A stretch of DNA of 64,000 nucleotides, taken from assembly GCA_947169235.1 (NCBI GenBank), contig CAMVOY010000001.1:6743-70742 (forward strand). Reading direction: 5' to 3'. The notes under the pieces were generated by a model, which was given only the letters and a program-made list of their open reading frames with translations, made no database searches and was not told where the DNA came from. The position numbers and the translations under genes are program-made. This DNA comes from an uncultured Lachnospiraceae bacterium. Its GTDB lineage: Bacteria; Bacillota; Clostridia; Lachnospirales; Lachnospiraceae. Below are positions 19,737 to 29,203 of this stretch, in pieces (positions within the stretch are counted from its first letter, which is position 1; each line of letters opens with the position of its first letter).

Positions 19737-21230
19737 TCACTTATTATTCCTCTTGGAAAGAGGTTGTTCAAACCGGTTTTTCTCCGTGTTTTCTGGCACC
19801 GGCGTAGGATACGCCCCTGTAAAACATGCGTTACAAAAGTCATTACTTCCGATCAACTCGTGAAGCGAATCAACCGGTAAATAACTTAGAGAATCTGCTC
19901 CTATGAGCTCTGCGATCTCATCAACCGAGTGATGACAGGCGATGAGGTTTTCCTCCGAATCGATATCTGTTCCGTAGTAACACGGATGCAGAAACGGAGG
20001 CGCGGAGATACGCATATGTATCTCCTTTGCTCCCGCTTCTCTAAGGAGTTTTACTATGTGTCCGCTGGTTGTACCTCGGACAATGGAGTCATCTATGAGA
20101 ATAATCCTCTTCCCTTCTACAGTCGAACGGACCGGATTAAGCTTGATCCGTACCTGATTCACTCTCTCCTCCTGAGTGGGAGAGATGAAGGTTCTTCCAA
20201 TATATTTATTTTTAATAAGGCCTATGCCATAAGGTATACCTGATTCCAGAGAATACCCGAGAGCTGCATCGAGCCCTGAGTCCGGTACACCTACTACCAC
20301 ATCGGCGATACTCTCCGAATCATTTCTCGCCAATATCTTTCCGGCACGGAGCCTGGCTTCATGTACGGATACACCGTCAATTACCGAGTCCGGTCTGGCA
20401 AAGTAGATATACTCGAATATGCATGTCTTTTTTTCTTTCTTTTGGACATGACCCATATAGCTTATGATGCCCGGTGCTTCCTTTGTGATGGTTACACCGT
20501 TTCTGGCAGGCGCGGATGAAAATGCTTTTTCATCGGACTGTCCGAAGACCAGAACCTCGCCGGGACTCAAGTCCCTGATAAACTCGGCTCCCACCGCCTC
20601 CAGTGCACAGCTCTCGGATGCGATGATATAGTGCCCATCATCTTTTTTTCCGTAGCAAAGCGGTCTGAATCCATGTGGATCACGGGCTGCGATAAGCTTG
20701 GTCGCGGACATCAATACCAGTGAGTACGCCCCTTCCAAAAGAGGCATGGTAGCCATCACTGCTTCCTCGATGGAAGGGTGAGTAAGTCTCTGCCTGGTCA
20801 CCAGATACGCGATGATCTCCGTATCTGATGTCGAATGAAAGATCGCTCCCGAAAGCTCGAGTTTACTTCTGAGTTCATAAGCATTACTTATGTTTCCGTT
20901 ATGAGCGAGCGCCATCCTTCCCTTCTGGTGGTTGACCTCCATCGGCTGGCAGTTATTTCTCCCGTCCCCACCTGTCGTCGAATACCTGACATGCCCGATA
21001 CCCATCGTCCCCGTGGGGAGCTTATCAAGTGTCTCTCCGTCAAATACCGTGCGGACCTCACCTATATCCTTATGTGAGAAAAATAATCCGTCGTTGCCGA
21101 CAACGATACCACAGCTTTCCTGCCCGCGATGCTGAAGCGAATACAGACCGTAGTAAACATCCTTTGCCACTGCATATGGCTTGTCTGCATAAACTCCGAA
21201 TACACCGCACTCTTCGTGAATGGAATGCAT
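19737..21230 (-). CDS. purF: amidophosphoribosyltransferase (glutamine PRPP amidotransferase)
   Basis: N-terminal MHSIHEECGVFGV...LQHRGQESCGI, the PRPP loop IILIDDSIVRGTT, and C-terminal Fe-S cysteines. ATG 21230 lies behind GGAGGT. Confidence 0.9.
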   Translation of the reverse strand: MHSIHEECGVFGVYADKPYAVAKDVYYGLYSLQHRGQESCGIVVGNDGLFFSHKDIGEVRTVFDGETLDKLPTGTMGIGHVRYSTTGGDGRNNCQPMEVNHQKGRMALAHNGNISNAYELRSKLELSGAIFHSTSDTEIIAYLVTRQRLTHPSIEEAVMATMPLLEGAYSLVLMSATKLIAARDPHGFRPLCYGKKDDGHYIIASESCALEAVGAEFIRDLSPGEVLVFGQSDEKAFSSAPARNGVTITKEAPGIISYMGHVQKKEKKTCIFEYIYFARPDSVIDGVSVHEARLRAGKILARNDSESIADVVVGVPDSGLDAALGYSLESGIPYGIGLIKNKYIGRTFISPTQEERVNQVRIKLNPVRSTVEGKRIILIDDSIVRGTTSGHIVKLLREAGAKEIHMRISAPPFLHPCYYGTDIDSEENLIACHHSVDEIAELIGADSLSYLPVDSLHELIGSNDFCNACFTGAYPTPVPENTEKNRFEQPLSKRNNK

Positions 21231-21240
21231 AGATACCTCC

Positions 21241-21325
21241 AAATAAGTAAAAGGCGCCCCGGATTTCTCCGAGACGCCTTTGCCTCAACGCTATGTATAA
21301 TATCACATGTGTGAGTGAGTGTCAA
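21241..21325 (-). promoter_or_regulatory. promoter plus leader with hexaloop hairpin and intrinsic terminator (copy 2 of 3)
   Basis: On the minus strand: TTGACA (21325-21320), 17 nt, TATTAT (21302-21297). Then the hairpin TTGAGGC-AAAGGC-GTCTCGG (21288-21269). The terminator is AAAGGCGTCTCGG/CCGGGGCGCCTTT plus a U-run abutting the RBS. Confidence 0.7.
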
Positions 21326-21364
21326 GTGGAATTTTTGAAAAGGATAGTGTTAGCGAGAAAACTC

Positions 21365-21393
21365 TTGCCATTTTCCTATATATATGATATACT
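21365..21393 (+). promoter_or_regulatory. candidate promoter for trpE
   Basis: TTGCCA, 17 nt, then TATACT preceded by TG. Confidence 0.5.
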
Positions 21394-21428
21394 TTACAAA
21401 ATTTTACACGGGAGGCAACACAGACATC

Positions 21429-22898
21429 ATGAACGTTTTTCCGTCGTTGGAGCAGGTCAAAGACTATGCTTCAAAAAAAGAATATGACATCGTACCTATA
21501 AGCATGGAGATACTGTCTGATTTTATTACTCCGATAGAGGCCATGCGTATTCTTCAAAATATCTCGGTTCACTGCTTTATGCTCGAGTCCGCCATGGCAC
21601 AGGAGCATTGGGGACGCTATACCTTTATGGGCTATGATCCCAAACTTGATATCACCTGTATCGACGGACATCTTCAGGCGGGAGATCTGATAGATATCGA
21701 CACGGATGACCCGTCTTCTTTTCTTCGCGATATATTAAAAAAATACCGCTCACCTCGTCTGCCCGAGCTTCCTCCTTTCACCGGAGGCCTGGTAGGTTAT
21801 TTTGCTTTTGATTATCTGGGATATTCGGAGCCTACGATACGAGTTGACGTGGAGGATGAGGAGGCATTTAAGGATGTCGATCTGATGCTTTTTGATAAAG
21901 TCATAGCCTTCGATCATGTACAACAAAAGATAGTACTGATAGTGAATATAAAGCTCGAAGATATTGAGACCTCCTATAACAGAGCAGTCGTTGAGCTGAA
22001 CCAGATGAAGGATCTTCTTAAAAACGGGACGAAAAAACAGGATTGTTCCGGTCATATCAAGGGTGAGGTTGAGTCTCTTTTTTCGGAAGAAGAGTACTGT
22101 GAGATGGTGGAAAAAGGAAAGAGATACATACGAGAGGGAGATATATTCCAGGTTGTTCTTTCCAACCGTCTTTCGGCGCCGTTTGAGGGAAGTCTTTTGA
22201 ACACATATCGTATGTTACGTACCATCAATCCATCGCCTTATATGTTTTATTTTTCGGGAACGGATGTCGAGGTTGCGGGTGCATCACCGGAGACACTTGT
22301 AAAGCTTGAAAACGGAGTGCTTCACACATTTCCACTAGCGGGTTCGCGACCGAGAGGTGTGACCGACGAGGAAGACAGAGCCCTTGAGGAAGAGCTTTTA
22401 AAGGATGAGAAAGAGCTCGCTGAGCACAATATGCTTGTTGATCTTGGAAGAAATGATATCGGTAGGATATCGAAGTTCGGAACGGTGGAAGTGGAGACCC
22501 TCAGGGAGGTGCAACGCTATTCACATATCATGCACATAGGTTCGACGGTCCGTGGTGAGATAGCAGATGACAAGGACGCACTTTCCGCAATTGAGGCGAT
22601 CCTTCCTGCAGGTACGCTTTCGGGTGCGCCGAAGATCCGCGCGTGCCAGATCATCGGAGAGCTCGAGAATAATAAAAGAGGAATCTACGGTGGTGCTATC
22701 GGATACATAGACTTCACCGGAAATATGGATACATGTATCGCTATCCGAATTGCATACAAGAAAAACGGTAAAGTGTTTGTCAGAAGCGGTGCCGGCATAG
22801 TCGCTGACAGTGTTCCTGAGACAGAGTACGTGGAAAGCATGAACAAAGCAAAGGCAGTGATAGTAGCTCTTCAAAAAGCAAGTGAGATGGACGACTGA
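21429..22898 (+). CDS. trpE: anthranilate synthase component I (TrpE family; PabB not excluded)
   Basis: FMLESA, GRYTFMG, INPSPYMFYF, GTLSGAPK and RGIYGGAIGY motifs. Confidence 0.8.
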   Translation: MNVFPSLEQVKDYASKKEYDIVPISMEILSDFITPIEAMRILQNISVHCFMLESAMAQEHWGRYTFMGYDPKLDITCIDGHLQAGDLIDIDTDDPSSFLRDILKKYRSPRLPELPPFTGGLVGYFAFDYLGYSEPTIRVDVEDEEAFKDVDLMLFDKVIAFDHVQQKIVLIVNIKLEDIETSYNRAVVELNQMKDLLKNGTKKQDCSGHIKGEVESLFSEEEYCEMVEKGKRYIREGDIFQVVLSNRLSAPFEGSLLNTYRMLRTINPSPYMFYFSGTDVEVAGASPETLVKLENGVLHTFPLAGSRPRGVTDEEDRALEEELLKDEKELAEHNMLVDLGRNDIGRISKFGTVEVETLREVQRYSHIMHIGSTVRGEIADDKDALSAIEAILPAGTLSGAPKIRACQIIGELENNKRGIYGGAIGYIDFTGNMDTCIAIRIAYKKNGKVFVRSGAGIVADSVPETEYVESMNKAKAVIVALQKASEMDD

Positions 22899-22955
22899 TC
22901 ACCCGGATCAACCGTACTTTGCGATATGAACATGAATCAGAAAGGACCTGTAGAC

Positions 22956-23570
22956 ATGATATTACTTATAGATAATTATGACAGTTTTTCTTATAATCTG
23001 TACCAGATGATCGGTTCGATAGATCCCGATATCAAGGTTGTCAGAAATGACGCGCTTTCGACCTCCGAGATAAAAGACATGCATCCGACATGTATCATCC
23101 TTTCACCGGGACCGGGACGTCCTGTTGATGCAGGTATATGCGAGGATGTGGTTCGGGACCTGGCAGCGGAGTTTCCGATACTTGGAGTATGTCTCGGCCA
23201 TCAGGCAATATGTGAGGCGTATGGTGCGACAGTAACATACGCAAAGACTTTAATGCATGGCAAACAGTCCGAGACAGAGTTTGATACGGACTGTCCTGTT
23301 TTTGCATCGTTACCTGATAAAGCTCCGGTGGGAAGATATCACTCACTTTCCGTTGATAAAAAAACAATCCCGGATGAGCTTAGGATCACCGCGACTGCCG
23401 ATGACGGAGAGGTTATGGCTCTATGCCACAAAACACTTCCCGTATACGGACTTCAGTTCCATCCGGAATCGATTCTTACTCCATACGGGAAGCAGATGCT
23501 CGAAAACTTTTTGGAAGAGAGTCATCGTTTCAAGGCCCGCCAGTATGATGCGAGCAGTTATGGAATCTGA
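22956..23570 (+). CDS. trpG: anthranilate/aminodeoxychorismate synthase glutamine amidotransferase component II
   Basis: ILLIDNYDSFSYNLYQ, GVCLGHQ and LQFHPES triad motifs. Confidence 0.8.
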   Translation: MILLIDNYDSFSYNLYQMIGSIDPDIKVVRNDALSTSEIKDMHPTCIILSPGPGRPVDAGICEDVVRDLAAEFPILGVCLGHQAICEAYGATVTYAKTLMHGKQSETEFDTDCPVFASLPDKAPVGRYHSLSVDKKTIPDELRITATADDGEVMALCHKTLPVYGLQFHPESILTPYGKQMLENFLEESHRFKARQYDASSYGI

Positions 23571-23631
23571 TTTTTGCCGGCTATAGGCTGGGCTTATAGC
23601 CGGCGATAGAATAATCCTTATCAAAAACTCC

Positions 23632-23660
23632 TTTACAACCGCACTTTATTCGTGTATAAT
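23632..23660 (+). promoter_or_regulatory. candidate promoter of the ECF/B12-like cluster
   Basis: TTTACA (23632-23637), 17 nt, TATAAT (23655-23660). Confidence 0.55.
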
Positions 23661-23670
23661 GTTGATGTTT

Positions 23671-23736
23671 TTTTGAGAGAAATGCTGTGAAAGCCAGCGC
23701 TGTTAGCCCAACTGTTAGAGTCAGACTTTCTCAAAA
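23671..23736 (+). ncRNA. candidate compact cobalamin riboswitch aptamer
   Basis: A closing stem TTTTGAGAGAAA / TTTCTCAAAA encloses GTGAAAGCC...GCTG...GCCCAACTGT...AGTCAGAC. These resemble the conserved GGTGAAAxTCC, CCCGCxACTGT and B12-box AGYCAGGAGAC elements. The match is by eye only. Confidence 0.4.
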
Positions 23737-23785
23737 GGATTAAAACTATAACGCACTACCTGACGGTTAAGGAGGGAGTAACACT

Positions 23786-26176
23786 ATGAAACGCAGAGGT
23801 AATCTGTCTATTTTTGTATGTCTTGTTTTGGTATTTTCTTTAGTTAATGTAAATATACCAAATGCGACAATCTCAAGAGCCACATCGGCTCAAACTACCA
23901 AAACACTTACTGAGCTTCGCAATGAATACGGAGCAATCACAATCGAACTTTATAATATCGGAGGCGGATATCTGCTCGAGCCGACCCTTTATAAAAAGGA
24001 CAGCAGATCTGTAGGAGATATCACGGTGGATACCCTGGATGAAAAAAGTCTGGGTTATAGCGGTTCCACTTCATACTTCTCGGGTTTTGAGGGAGATGAC
24101 AGCGCCACAGCTGACTGGCCATGGTATTTTTATGAGGAAGATGACTATGGTGATGAAGTAATAGCTGAAGCATATGAGTATTTTCTTGAAGACACTCCTT
24201 CAAACCAGGATGGTTATATCGGTGAAATGGACTATGGTATAATGTCCGGATGGTGCTACACCGTCAATGACTGGTGGGCTTCATTAGGAGCCGGCGACGC
24301 GGTTCCCGGAGAAACCATCCAGGATTATAATTCAGAAGAAGATGTAACTCTGGGTGATGTGATCAGATGGCATTATACAGTTTACGGTTATGGCTGCGAC
24401 TGCGGATATCCGGGTAATGCAATGGCTGATTCCTGTGGCGGAAACCTGTTTACACAGAACATGCGTGATGATCTGATCTTCGATCTGGCAGCAATAAACT
24501 CGTACTATGGAAATAAGAATACAGCGGTAAACTACAGAAATCAGAGAGTATATAAAGATGCTGTTAATGTGGCAATCAATCCGACGGTAAGCTCCAGCAG
24601 TATAAGCACGGTTCAGACAGCCTTGGAAAAGTTTATCGAGGATACTTATCATCCGGTAGCGTCAAATACACAGAGTGCGTCCGGAAGCAGGATCGGAGGA
24701 CAGACTGCTCAGGGTAGTGGAGTGACAGCAGCTTCCATGACTAACGCTCAGATGAAGGATTATGCTGTTCAGAGCATCCAGGCATCAGTAACGGATCCTG
24801 TCGTTGGTTCAATAGGTGGAGAGTGGGCAGTACTCACACTCGGAAAGACAGGCAGCGCTACAGATGATTTCAAAAACAAATACCGCACAAAGGTTAAGGC
24901 TGCGGTAGCAAATGCAACAAACGGAAAGCTCGACGCAAACAAAGCGACGGAAAACGAGCGCGTTATGATCGGACTTTCTTCTATAGGAGATGGCGTAGTT
25001 GTGGATGGAGTCGACCTGGCTGATCCGCTCTATGATGTTTCATATACTACAAAGCAGGGAATAAACGGTGCCATCTTTGGCTTGACAGCACTCGATATGT
25101 CGGGTTACTATAAAGCTACAGAGGCTGAGAACCAGACGAGTGCAGAGGATCCGGTTTCCGTCAGAGACGACCTGCTCAGATATATTTTGAACAAAGAGTT
25201 GACCGCAGGTGGATGGATACTTGGACCGGGCACGAGCCCTGATCCCGACATTACCTTCATGGCGATCCAGGCGCTCGCTCCTTACTATACGAAGGATACA
25301 TCCGTAAAGGCGGCAGTAGACAGGGCGCTGACCGCGATGAGTGCAAAGCAGGATGAAAACGGTGGTTACTCAACCGCACTTTCCGGTACAGTCACTGCGA
25401 CATCTGAAAGTGCATCACAGGCTATCACGGCACTTACATCACTTGGAATCGATCCGAGAACAGATACACGTTTTATCAAAAATGGCAAGTCACTTGTTGA
25501 TAACCTTCTTTCATTTAAGGTAAACGGTGGCTACGCTCATATCGGAACTGATCATAACCAGATGGCTACAGAGCAGGCCTCATATGCGAGTGTGGCACTG
25601 TGGTTACTGGACAGTGGCAAGCATCTTTATGACAGAGTGGGCGATATCTACAGAGCACCTGCTGCCACGGCGTCACCGAGTCCGTCACCGGCTGTAACAG
25701 TTAAGCCGGGTGCAACACCATCGGCAACGCCATCAGCTACACCGAGTGCAACACCTTCTGCTACTCCGACAGCGAGTCCTTCGGCAAGTCCTAGCACAAC
25801 TCCGTCGGCCAGCCCAAAGCCGACAGCAGCACCACAGACCAAAACAAACGGTGTTACATATGAGAAGGGAAAATCGGGTGCAGTAGTAGCTGATCTTCCG
25901 AACAAGGCAACAGTAAGTGTAAAGAGCACTGTTAAGATTGACGGAAAGACTGTAAAAGTAACAACACTTGCAAAGGGTGCGTGTGACGGCCTTTCAAAAA
26001 CAAAGAAGCTTAAGGTAACCTCAAAGTATCTTAAAAAGGTTGAGAAGGGTGCGCTCTCCGGCCTGAATAAAGATGCAATTATATACATTCCGAAGGAAAA
26101 GTTTAAACTATATAAAAAGCTCTTTACTAAAAAGGGTACAGGATATAAATCATCAATGAAGTTTAGAAAGATTTAA
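23786..26176 (+). CDS. secreted surface protein: DUF4430 (transcobalamin-like beta domain), alpha/alpha-toroid repeats, PT-rich linker, C-terminal repeat domain
   Basis: Signal peptide present. DUF4430 hallmark GIMSGWCYTVNDWW...IRWHYT. Prenyltransferase/terpene-cyclase-like repeats (GGEWAVLTLG, GAIFGLTAL, GGWILGP, ENGGYS). Linker (ATPS)n. Confidence 0.8.
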   Translation: MKRRGNLSIFVCLVLVFSLVNVNIPNATISRATSAQTTKTLTELRNEYGAITIELYNIGGGYLLEPTLYKKDSRSVGDITVDTLDEKSLGYSGSTSYFSGFEGDDSATADWPWYFYEEDDYGDEVIAEAYEYFLEDTPSNQDGYIGEMDYGIMSGWCYTVNDWWASLGAGDAVPGETIQDYNSEEDVTLGDVIRWHYTVYGYGCDCGYPGNAMADSCGGNLFTQNMRDDLIFDLAAINSYYGNKNTAVNYRNQRVYKDAVNVAINPTVSSSSISTVQTALEKFIEDTYHPVASNTQSASGSRIGGQTAQGSGVTAASMTNAQMKDYAVQSIQASVTDPVVGSIGGEWAVLTLGKTGSATDDFKNKYRTKVKAAVANATNGKLDANKATENERVMIGLSSIGDGVVVDGVDLADPLYDVSYTTKQGINGAIFGLTALDMSGYYKATEAENQTSAEDPVSVRDDLLRYILNKELTAGGWILGPGTSPDPDITFMAIQALAPYYTKDTSVKAAVDRALTAMSAKQDENGGYSTALSGTVTATSESASQAITALTSLGIDPRTDTRFIKNGKSLVDNLLSFKVNGGYAHIGTDHNQMATEQASYASVALWLLDSGKHLYDRVGDIYRAPAATASPSPSPAVTVKPGATPSATPSATPSATPSATPTASPSASPSTTPSASPKPTAAPQTKTNGVTYEKGKSGAVVADLPNKATVSVKSTVKIDGKTVKVTTLAKGACDGLSKTKKLKVTSKYLKKVEKGALSGLNKDAIIYIPKEKFKLYKKLFTKKGTGYKSSMKFRKI

Positions 26177-26199
26177 ATCGCTAGAATTTAGGAGAGTTT

Positions 26200-27030
26200 A
26201 TGTATTTCTTCAAGCGGAACTGGAAAAATCTGACGGTCTTCGCGCTGTGTGTGATTTGTCTCGTCCTGTGGATATGCACTATCAGAACAGGATCAGTTGA
26301 ACAGACGCAGCGTGTAAGTCGCTCCGTGGCAGGCATGGAAACACCCATGCCCGCTGTTTCCGGTTCTGCTGTTTTTAATAACACTGATTCGGATGCTGCA
26401 ACAGGCAGCAGTGTTTCTGAAAATGAAACAGATAAAAATAAAGAAAAAAATCCTGAAAAGGTAAAACAAAAAAACAGTAAAGACAAGAACGATAAAAGCA
26501 AAGAAGAACCAAATAAAAGAAAAGTATCAGATGGTACGAGAAAGGGTAAGGATAAATATGAAACCGATCCCGTACCCACCGGAAAGCCTGAGCCTGTAAA
26601 TGAAGAGGATCAGACTGTAAGTAAGGATTGGTTCTATGTATATCTTTCTATCGATTGTAAGATGATACTCGATCACATGGACGATCTGACAGAGGGTCTG
26701 GAAAAATACGTCGGCGACGGTACTATCCTAAAGAGAACAAAGGTAAAATGCTACAAGGGTGAATCCGTCTGGGATGTTCTGCTTCGCGAGTGTAAGGCAA
26801 GAGGAATCAATCTCGAATCTGAATATACTGCCGTATATGGATCTGTATATGTAGAAGCGATAAATAACCTCGGTGAGTTCGACTGTGGAGAGCTTTCCGG
26901 ATGGTGCTACTGTGTAGACGACTGGTATCCGAACTACGGTGCATCCAGATATGTACTGAAGGAATCAGAGGAAATAAAGTGGCGCTATACATGCGATCTC
27001 GGAAGAGATCTGGGAGCTAACGTATCCTGA
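26200..27030 (+). CDS. membrane-anchored DUF4430 (transcobalamin-like) domain protein
   Basis: N-terminal TM span, a Lys/Asp-rich linker, then ELSGWCYCVDDWYPNYGASRYVLKESEEIKWRYT. Confidence 0.85.
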   Translation: MYFFKRNWKNLTVFALCVICLVLWICTIRTGSVEQTQRVSRSVAGMETPMPAVSGSAVFNNTDSDAATGSSVSENETDKNKEKNPEKVKQKNSKDKNDKSKEEPNKRKVSDGTRKGKDKYETDPVPTGKPEPVNEEDQTVSKDWFYVYLSIDCKMILDHMDDLTEGLEKYVGDGTILKRTKVKCYKGESVWDVLLRECKARGINLESEYTAVYGSVYVEAINNLGEFDCGELSGWCYCVDDWYPNYGASRYVLKESEEIKWRYTCDLGRDLGANVS

Positions 27031-27048
27031 AAGGAGACTTTTTAGACC

Positions 27049-27858
27049 ATGCAGCTGAGGCATCCCCTGGTGGAGTTCATAGGATATATAGCACTGTTAC
27101 TATATATCAGCTTTTCACTTAACCCGGTTGGGATAGGGATTGTTTTGGTCGGCCTGCTTATAATAAAACCGAAATCTATTCCTGTTATAGCGATTATTAT
27201 TCTTCTTACAACAATCGTAAATCCACTTGTTAATCATAAGGGTGAAACCTATCTTTTTTATCTGAACGATAATATAATTACTCTCGAGTCTATAGTATAC
27301 GGAGTTTTGCTCGGCTGTCAGGTCAGCTGCCTGATACTCGGTTTCAAGCTTATGAGCGATAACATGACCTCCGAAAAAATAATCTCTGTAACGTCATATC
27401 TTTTTCCACCAGTTTCACTGCTGTTATCAATGGCAGTCAGATCTCTAGGAAAGTATTCAAGAAAAACAAAGGAAGTATACCTGTATCAGAAAACCTTCTC
27501 GGAAAAAACCGGTTTCTTCCGGATGATTATTATCTGTATAAATACTTTCTCGATCATGGTGGGCTGGATACTGGAAAACTCGATAGAAACGGCCGACTCC
27601 ATGATGTGCAGGGGGTATGGTTCTGCCAGAAGGACAACCTTCAGAAAGGTACGGATAAACAGAAACGATATAATTGAAATACTCTTAATAATACTATTAT
27701 TCATTACTTTTTATATAACGATCCCGATCACAATAATCGTGCCTTATATTGATATAGGTATCGATGTTATAAATATAATTGCAGTAAGTGTTTTCATAGT
27801 ATATGAGGTGTTCAATGAAAGATTTCGATGTGAATATAAAACGACTTTCAATAGATGA
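27049..27858 (+). CDS. ECF transporter transmembrane (T) component, CbiQ family
   Basis: Polytopic, with a C-terminal coupling motif (MCRGYGSARR), in an ECF gene context. Confidence 0.75.
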   Translation: MQLRHPLVEFIGYIALLLYISFSLNPVGIGIVLVGLLIIKPKSIPVIAIIILLTTIVNPLVNHKGETYLFYLNDNIITLESIVYGVLLGCQVSCLILGFKLMSDNMTSEKIISVTSYLFPPVSLLLSMAVRSLGKYSRKTKEVYLYQKTFSEKTGFFRMIIICINTFSIMVGWILENSIETADSMMCRGYGSARRTTFRKVRINRNDIIEILLIILLFITFYITIPITIIVPYIDIGIDVINIIAVSVFIVYEVFNERFRCEYKTTFNR

Positions 27859-29203
27859 TCGTGAGATACTCCATGATATCAATCTGAGAATTAGTGACGG
27901 TATCACCGTGATAGCTGGAGCGAGCGGAGCCGGAAAGACTCAGTTTGTAAGACGCTTAGTACCGAAGCTCTCCAAGATAGGAGACCTCCAAGGAACGATC
28001 ACGTACGGAGGGGAGCCAATCGAAAGTATCAGGCCGGGAACCATAGGCTTTATATCACAGAATCCGGACAACCAGATCGTATGTGATAAGGTGTGGCATG
28101 AGCTCGCGTTCGGGCTCGAGTCTGTCGGGATGAAGAGTGATCTGATCAGAAACAGAGTGGCCGAGGTGGCGACGGTATTCGGTATCGATCCTATCTTCGA
28201 CCAGGCTACGGACACTCTTTCAGGAGGTCAGAAACAGAAGGTAGTATTGGCCTCAGTGCTTTGTATGGATCCTGATGTGGTTGTGATGGATGAGCCGTCT
28301 TCAATGCTCGATCCGATAGCAACTGTAGAGTTTTTTGAATTGGTAGTGAGACTTAATCGTGACCTCGGAGTATCATTTATAATAGTAGAGCACAACCTCG
28401 ATTACATCCTTGACTATGCTGATAAAACAATATATATCGAGGATGGAACTATCTCGGACAAAGTATTAAAAACAACAAAACAAAAGCTTATTGATAAGCT
28501 GGGCGATCCTTCAGCACGATATGAAGTAACACAAAACAGATGCGATATAAACAAAACTGTTTATAAACAAAAATCCATCAGGAAATCCTTTGGTGCTTTT
28601 ACGTTGAACATACCAAGCCTCGAGATACATGAGGGTATCACCTGTATCATCGGACCTAACGGAGCAGGTAAATCTACGCTTGCAAAATACCTTTCAGGCT
28701 TCTACGGAAAAAAGAAGCTGGATTCCGTAAGCCTCCTTCCGCAGGATGTTCTTATGATATTTGTAAAGGATACGGTAAGGGAGGAGCTCGAGTGTATAGC
28801 TCCGATCCCTGACTATCTGGATGAGGAGCTGAAGCTTCTTTATGATAAGCATCCACTTGACATCTCTGGTGGAGAGCAGCATTTGGTGGCGCTTGCGAAG
28901 ATAATGCTCAGGGGATCAAAGCTTACTATACTTGACGAGCCGACAAAGGGAATGGATGAGGATTATAAGGTGCGGGTGAAAGCACTGATAGAAAAAGGCT
29001 TCGAAGGTCGTGACGTTATCATCATAACACATGATCTCGAGTTCGTAGCCGAGATCGCGGACGATGTTATCTTTATGTTTGGCGGGGATATCGCTTCTCA
29101 GGGCGAGGCGCATGATGTACTCTGTTCAAACACGATGTATAAACCTACTATATCTAAACTGTGGAAAGGCGCATTGCGATGGCAGGAAGTAAAAGTATAC
29201 TGA
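27815..29203 (+). CDS. ECF transporter ATPase, fused tandem ABC domains
   Basis: Two Walker A motifs (GASGAGKT, GPNGAGKST), two signatures (LSGGQKQK, ISGGEQH) and two Walker B motifs (VVMDEP, TILDEP). ATG 27815 lies behind GAGGTG. Confidence 0.9.
   Translation: MKDFDVNIKRLSIDDREILHDINLRISDGITVIAGASGAGKTQFVRRLVPKLSKIGDLQGTITYGGEPIESIRPGTIGFISQNPDNQIVCDKVWHELAFGLESVGMKSDLIRNRVAEVATVFGIDPIFDQATDTLSGGQKQKVVLASVLCMDPDVVVMDEPSSMLDPIATVEFFELVVRLNRDLGVSFIIVEHNLDYILDYADKTIYIEDGTISDKVLKTTKQKLIDKLGDPSARYEVTQNRCDINKTVYKQKSIRKSFGAFTLNIPSLEIHEGITCIIGPNGAGKSTLAKYLSGFYGKKKLDSVSLLPQDVLMIFVKDTVREELECIAPIPDYLDEELKLLYDKHPLDISGGEQHLVALAKIMLRGSKLTILDEPTKGMDEDYKVRVKALIEKGFEGRDVIIITHDLEFVAEIADDVIFMFGGDIASQGEAHDVLCSNTMYKPTISKLWKGALRWQEVKVY

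Noticed and set aside
21300-21428. T-box, TRAP or leader-peptide attenuator upstream of trpE
   Set aside because: I found no specifier/T-box sequence, no (G/U)AG repeat array and no Trp-rich mini-ORF. Only a plausible promoter is present.
23576-23604. Strong hairpin GCCGGCTATAGGC..GCTTATAGCCGGC after trpG as a terminator
   Set aside because: No T-run follows it on either strand; the T-run precedes it on the + strand. I did not annotate it as a terminator, though it may still pause or stabilise RNA.
25670-25830. Repetitive DNA that might be mistaken for a repeat array or CRISPR
   Set aside because: It encodes the in-frame (A/S)TPS linker of the 796-aa surface protein. The repeats are short, codon-degenerate and have no spacers.
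25648-26088. 146-aa minus-strand ORF rich in Gly/Val/Ala
   Set aside because: It is an artefact of reading the PT-rich linker and C-terminal region of the surface protein on the opposite strand.
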